This document shows positions 59,333-64,000 of a DNA stretch of 64,000 bases, piece by piece. The notes under the pieces were generated by a model, which made no database searches, was not told the DNA's origin, and saw only the letters and a program-made list of their open reading frames with translations. Each line of letters begins with the position of its first letter. Position 1 is the first letter of the stretch. Origin of the DNA: Chthonomonadales bacterium. GTDB taxonomy: Bacteria; Armatimonadota; Chthonomonadetes; Chthonomonadales; CAJBBX01. A program made the translations under genes and the position numbers. The stretch lies in contig JBMFSQ010000001.1 in NCBI GenBank assembly GCA_049967475.1, positions 54,600 to 118,599 on the forward strand, read 5' to 3'.

Positions 59333-59815
59333 ATGCGCGAGATCCTGGCAATCTTAGAACAAGACGCACGAACCCCGCCCGAGCGTATCGCTGCGCTGTT
59401 GGGCAAGGACGTAGAGGAGGTGCGCCGGAGCATCCGGGAGCTGGAGGAGCGCGGCGTGATCCGGCGCTACAAGACTGTGATTGATTGGGAGCGCTACGGC
59501 GACGAACGCGTGTACGCCTTTATAGACGTGTCGGTCACGCCCGAGCGGGGCGCAGGCTTCGACGACATAGCCGAAAGGATTTACCGGTTTCCAGAAGTGC
59601 GCTCCGTGTTCCTGGTGTCTGGCGGACACGATCTGCGGGTGATCGTGGAAGGTGCCAACATCAAGGAGGTGGCAAATTTCGTTGCCGAGAAGCTTGCCAC
59701 CATTGATCGCGTTACGTCTACGGACACCCACTTTCTGCTCAAACGCTACAAGGACGATGGGGATATCTTCGTGGCCGAACCCGAAGCGAACCATCGGCTC
59801 ATGGTTGCACCGTGA
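59333..59815 (+). CDS. Lrp/AsnC family transcriptional regulator
   Basis: N-terminal HTH; GFDDIAERIYRFPEV..VSGGHDL, THFLLKRYK. Confidence 0.92.
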   Translation: MREILAILEQDARTPPERIAALLGKDVEEVRRSIRELEERGVIRRYKTVIDWERYGDERVYAFIDVSVTPERGAGFDDIAERIYRFPEVRSVFLVSGGHDLRVIVEGANIKEVANFVAEKLATIDRVTSTDTHFLLKRYKDDGDIFVAEPEANHRLMVAP

Positions 59816-61020
59816 AGCCGCTAAATCGGGTGGTGACGGCGACACCACCCTCGGGCATCCGCCGCTTCTTCGACGTGGCGAGCCGGATGAAAGACGTGAT
59901 TTCCCTCGGCGTCGGCGAGCCGGACTTTGTTACACCCTGGCGCATCCGTGAGGCCGCTATCTATTCCATCGAGCGTGGTTACACCACATACACATCCAAC
60001 GCCGGGCTTCCCGAGTTGCGGGAGCTCGTGTCGGCCCATCTGGAGGCGCTCTACGACGTATCGTATGACCCCTACGAAGAGATCGTCATTACGGTAGGCG
60101 TGTCCGAGGGGCTCGATCTGGCCCTGAGAACCCTCCTTAATCCAGGCGACGAGGTAATCTACCCCGAACCCTGCTATGTGTCGTATGCGCCGGGCATCGC
60201 CTTTGCCGGAGGCGTGGGGGTGCCGGTGATCACCCGCGGCGAAGACGCCTTCCGCCTCAATCCCGATGCAGTGGAAGCCGCGGTCACCGAGCGTACCAAG
60301 GCGATCCTTCTCTGTTACCCCGGCAATCCGACGGGAGCCACCCAGACACCCGAGGACCTCCAACGCATTGTGGACATCGCAGCCCGCTACGACCTCTTTT
60401 TGATATCGGACGAAATCTACGACCGGCTGACATACCGTGGGAAGCATACCTGCGTCGCTTCGTTGAACGGAGCCCGCGAGAGGACCGTCCTTCTCAATGG
60501 TTTTTCGAAGGCGTATGCCATGACGGGATGGCGTGTGGCCTATGTGTGCGCTCCTCCGCCCGTAATCGAAGGGCTTCTCAAGATCCACCAATATGCCATG
60601 CTCTGTGCGCCCCACGTTGCCCAGCTTGCGGCTATCGAGGCCTTGCGCAACGCCGAGAGCGACGTGAGGGACATGGTCCGGGAATATGACCGCCGCCGCC
60701 GCTTCTTCGTGGCCGGCCTCAATGCGATCGGGCTCACGTGCGCGGAACCAGCCGGAGCCTTCTATGCGTTTCCTTCCATTGCGGCTGCCGGGCTCTCTTC
60801 GGAGGAATTTGCGGAGCGGCTGCTGTATGATGAGCGCGTGGCCGTGGTGCCGGGCACTGCTTTCGGCTCCTGTGGTGAAGGGTACGTGCGATGCTCTTAT
60901 GCCGCCAGCCTGGAGCAGCTCGAGGAGGCTCTGGTTCGGATGGAGCGCTTCATGAAGCGGCGAAAGGGCCGCAAGAGTACGGGACCCGCCCGGAAGCACA
61001 CGGAAGCCACGCGCGTATGA
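59812..61020 (+). CDS. Class I/II PLP-dependent aminotransferase
   Basis: PSGIRRFFD, LGVGEPDF, NPTG, SDEIY, GFSKAYAMTGWR, VPGTAFG. Confidence 0.95.
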   Translation: MKPLNRVVTATPPSGIRRFFDVASRMKDVISLGVGEPDFVTPWRIREAAIYSIERGYTTYTSNAGLPELRELVSAHLEALYDVSYDPYEEIVITVGVSEGLDLALRTLLNPGDEVIYPEPCYVSYAPGIAFAGGVGVPVITRGEDAFRLNPDAVEAAVTERTKAILLCYPGNPTGATQTPEDLQRIVDIAARYDLFLISDEIYDRLTYRGKHTCVASLNGARERTVLLNGFSKAYAMTGWRVAYVCAPPPVIEGLLKIHQYAMLCAPHVAQLAAIEALRNAESDVRDMVREYDRRRRFFVAGLNAIGLTCAEPAGAFYAFPSIAAAGLSSEEFAERLLYDERVAVVPGTAFGSCGEGYVRCSYAASLEQLEEALVRMERFMKRRKGRKSTGPARKHTEATRV

Positions 61021-61682
61021 CCGGTTGGACGCCATTGCGGGCTTGCCGGCAGATCCCGGCATTCGTGTGCATCCTCGGGCTTTGCGTTCTATCCGGCCGA
61101 ACGGCCCGGGCAGATCGGGCCATACTGTCGCCGCGCGGGTTCATTCTGTCGCCTGGGGACGTGCAGTTCGAGTATGCCGGCCGCACGACCGACGGGCACA
61201 GCAATGTTCAATGGCTTCAGGTGAGCATGCCCGGCAGCGACTTAGGCCTAGAGCTGGAGTTGGAGCGGCGGCAGGCATCTGGGCGGTCCCGGAGTTCGTT
61301 CAACCTCGAGTACACATTGACGGGCAACGCATTGAGCGATATCGCCCCAGTCATCGCGGTGGGGGCGAGGGACCTCATCAACAGCGACGTGGAGGGTCGT
61401 TCGGCCTATCTCGCCCTGAGCAAAACGATCGGCCTGAGCCTCGCTCAATCACGCGTCGTGAGTGACTTGAAGGTACACGCCGGCTATGGCAGCGGCCGGA
61501 TGGATGGTCTGTTCGCATCCGGTGAGCTCCGTTTCCGCCTAGGGTTCACGGTGTCTGCGGAATACTTCCAGCAGCGGTGGAACATGGAGGTTGCCGTTCC
61601 GGCGAGTAAGTATTTGAAGCTTCGCGCCTACACCCTTAACGGCGCGGTTTATTATGGAGCCTCGCTGCGCATCGCACGCTGA
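61017..61682 (+). CDS. Exported hypothetical protein, possibly an outer-membrane beta-barrel
   Basis: Signal peptide (ARA), alternating amphipathic beta strands; ATGA overlap with the upstream gene. Confidence 0.55.
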   Translation: MTGWTPLRACRQIPAFVCILGLCVLSGRTARADRAILSPRGFILSPGDVQFEYAGRTTDGHSNVQWLQVSMPGSDLGLELELERRQASGRSRSSFNLEYTLTGNALSDIAPVIAVGARDLINSDVEGRSAYLALSKTIGLSLAQSRVVSDLKVHAGYGSGRMDGLFASGELRFRLGFTVSAEYFQQRWNMEVAVPASKYLKLRAYTLNGAVYYGASLRIAR

Positions 61683-61759
61683 AGGGGCGCGCAGAATGGA
61701 ACAATGAAGCAGAAGCTTCCTTGGTGGAGGCTTCATGGAGAGGGGGTTCGACCCGTGAC

Positions 61760-62902
61760 ATGGCTATGGCAGTAACCGAGACGCTTCATCCTCAGGATAA
61801 CCGCCGGGTGGCGCTGATCAAGAGCCTCGCCACCAATAACCGCTTCTACGCCCTTGTGCATCCGGAATCGGGCATCCGCAATGCCGACACGGTGGAGCGC
61901 ATCCCCGACGATCTGCTTTTGGGCATTGCCTATCCTTGCCTGGAAGACGGGCTCAATGACTTCGCTGTTATTCGCACCACATACGAAACCATGGACTTTT
62001 TCCCTGAGGACGACGAGATGCGCAACGAGCTCATGGGCATCGTAGAGGATGCACGGGGCAAACTCGTGCGCAGGCTCACCGAGCTGAGGGACCGTGTGCG
62101 CTCCCGAAGCGCCCACTTTTTGGGCACGGACCTGGAGGAATTCAAAGCATATGCCCTCGATATCATGGACCGGGGGTACCCGCGGCGGAACCTAGACAGC
62201 ATGATGAAGCTGAATGTTTTTGCCTCCGTGGCGGAAGCTGAGGGACACAAGAACGGGAGCGAGCCCTATTACCGCTATGAGTTCCGGCCGGAATTCGACC
62301 CTGCGGAGTTGCTGCAACTTCCCTCCCACGAATTCGTGTCCGCCATGTTCGCGGACGTCCTCAACGGCGTGCTGGACGACGCCAATTACAAGAGCCGCTA
62401 TACGTTCGACCGGAACGTGTTCCAGAAGTTCATTGCCCTCATGTTCATCAACTACGCCACTACGGATCCGGTCTTCTACGGCACCAACAAGGCAGATTAC
62501 GGCGTTTCCGAAGAAAAGGATATGGAGGACACGCCCCTGTATCGCGCCGTGGCTCGTGAGCTGCGAGCCATTGAGGCTCGGCTGCAGCGCGAGAAGCTCC
62601 TCGCCCAACCTGCTGTGGCGGGTGAGCGCGAGGCCGCCCACCGGGCCGAGGGCGAAGTTCTGGAACTTCCCGGTACCCTCGTCAATGAAGACGCCCTTCT
62701 GGGGCCCATCGCGTCTCTGTGCGCCACCGCCAAGCGGCTGTCGGCTAACAAGGATCCCGACACTGCCAAATTCGGCCGCGTAATCCTGACCGATGCCGCG
62801 CGCATCGTGCAAGAACTTAAGCGGCTTGGTCTTGTGTCGCCATTCGCATACGATCCTACTGCAGATAACGGCCCCCTGGGCGACACGCACTGCCAAAGTT
62901 GA
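61760..62902 (+). CDS. Hypothetical protein (no recognised family)
   Basis: 380-aa ORF with host-like codon usage; acidic and helical. Confidence 0.7.
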   Translation: MAMAVTETLHPQDNRRVALIKSLATNNRFYALVHPESGIRNADTVERIPDDLLLGIAYPCLEDGLNDFAVIRTTYETMDFFPEDDEMRNELMGIVEDARGKLVRRLTELRDRVRSRSAHFLGTDLEEFKAYALDIMDRGYPRRNLDSMMKLNVFASVAEAEGHKNGSEPYYRYEFRPEFDPAELLQLPSHEFVSAMFADVLNGVLDDANYKSRYTFDRNVFQKFIALMFINYATTDPVFYGTNKADYGVSEEKDMEDTPLYRAVARELRAIEARLQREKLLAQPAVAGEREAAHRAEGEVLELPGTLVNEDALLGPIASLCATAKRLSANKDPDTAKFGRVILTDAARIVQELKRLGLVSPFAYDPTADNGPLGDTHCQS

Positions 62903-62928
62903 CAAGACCGCCCGCCTCGGGCTAGAAT
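62899..62928 (+). promoter_or_regulatory. Putative shc promoter
   Basis: TTGACA-N18-TAGAAT. Confidence 0.6.
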
Positions 62929-63042
62929 GGTACACGCTCTTGATGCTCGCCCAGCCTTGCTGGAGCCACACTGCCCGGGAGGATGCACCCGCCGATTGCC
63001 AAGGCATCTGCCGGGCGATGCTGGTTGCAATGGGGGAACCCT

Positions 63043-64000
63043 GTGAAACAGAAGCTGCTGGGGGAACAGAATGAACTGGGTCCCTACGCTGTGACGCGCC
63101 GGAGACCCTCGGACGTCGTCCGCGTAGACCGCCATCATGTGGAAACTGCCATCCGCCGCGCCCAGGAGTGGCTCCTTGCGCGCCAGAAAGAGGACGGTCA
63201 TTGGGTGGGCGAGCTCGAGGGAGACACCATTCTGGAGACCGAATACGTTCTCCTCCTCGAATTCCTCGGCAACCCGGATCGGCAGAAGCAGCGGAAGCTA
63301 TGCAATTACGCCGTGCGCCATTGGCAGAATGAGGACGGCGGCTTCCCGATGTATCCAGGCGGCCCGTCGGACATCAGCGCCTCGGTAAAAGTTTACTTTG
63401 CGTGCAAGCTGGCCGGCTTCTCCGCAGAGGAGGAGTTCATGGTGCGGTTGCGCCGATGCATCCTCAACCTGGGGGGTGTAACGCGCTGCAACACGTTCAC
63501 CAAGCTCTATCTGGCGATTTTCGGGCAGTATGACTGGGAAGGCGTTCCCACCATTCCTCCGGAAGCCATTCTCGCCCCGGGGTGGCTGTACCTCAACGTC
63601 TACGAAATGTCGTCTTGGTCACGGGCCATCCTCATTCCATTGGCCGTCATCAATGCCTTCCGCCCGAGCCGCCCGGTTCCGCCCGGCGCTTCCATAGACG
63701 AACTCTTTGTGGGCGGGCGCCATGGCAAACACCTCAACCTGCCGTGGGACCCGCACCCCATCACTTGGCGCAACGCGTTCCTCGTGGTGGACCGGGCCCT
63801 CAAGATCCATGACCGCAGTCCATGGAAGCCCTTCCGCAGGAGAGCCTTGGATGCTTCGGAACAGTGGCTGAAGGAACGGCAATACAAGAGCGGCGGCCTT
63901 GGCGCCATCTTTCCCGCCATGACGCACGCGGTTATGGCCTTCAAGTGTCTGGGATATGCCGACGACAGTCCCGAGGTGCAGCACGAGCTTCGGGAGTTGG
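63043..64000 (+). CDS. shc: Squalene-hopene cyclase (5' part, runs off the window)
   Basis: My translation: AQEWLLARQKEDGHWVGELEGDTILETEY...QNEDGGFPMYPGGPSDISASVKVYFACKLAG...NTFTK..YEMSSWSR..GLGAIFPAM. Not in the ORF track because there is no stop codon in the window. Confidence 0.92.
   Translation, partial: MKQKLLGEQNELGPYAVTRRRPSDVVRVDRHHVETAIRRAQEWLLARQKEDGHWVGELEGDTILETEYVLLLEFLGNPDRQKQRKLCNYAVRHWQNEDGGFPMYPGGPSDISASVKVYFACKLAGFSAEEEFMVRLRRCILNLGGVTRCNTFTKLYLAIFGQYDWEGVPTIPPEAILAPGWLYLNVYEMSSWSRAILIPLAVINAFRPSRPVPPGASIDELFVGGRHGKHLNLPWDPHPITWRNAFLVVDRALKIHDRSPWKPFRRRALDASEQWLKERQYKSGGLGAIFPAMTHAVMAFKCLGYADDSPEVQHELREL

Overview
A GC-rich bacterial chromosome segment. The gene content (DUF1559 prepilin-like protein, DUF6785-like membrane protein, UroD-family protein, Tat Gfo/Idh/MocA plus ApbE, split nadE) suggests an Armatimonadota-like organism; this is an inference. 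The backbone is mostly housekeeping and carbohydrate genes: GH51, split comEC, pepC, glnE-plsY, CIRCE-controlled groESL, cydAB, lpdA, two-subunit NAD synthetase, DUF58/vWA, Lrp-aminotransferase and the start of shc. Two accessory islands with integron attC-type sites but no integrase interrupt it. (1) At about 16.8-23.3 kb, a 1723-aa SF1 helicase-Vsr-like nuclease (Hhe-like) sits next to a hicBA gene cassette bounded by attC remnants. That cassette lies between two identical 216-bp copies of the glnE promoter/5' end. (2) At about 29.6-35.15 kb, a type III-like restriction-modification operon has its Res subunit split into a helicase and a stand-alone TnsA-like nuclease. A toxin-antitoxin pair is embedded in it, the target-recognition segment is AT-rich, and it ends in a canonical attC. 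Island 2 splits an apparently uncharacterised three-enzyme cluster: glutaminase-less asparagine-synthetase-like ATP pyrophosphatase, RaSEA-like radical SAM enzyme and flavin-dependent halogenase. A 185-nt self-complementary intergenic element may be a 6S-like RNA. All family assignments come from motif recognition by eye; no searches were run.
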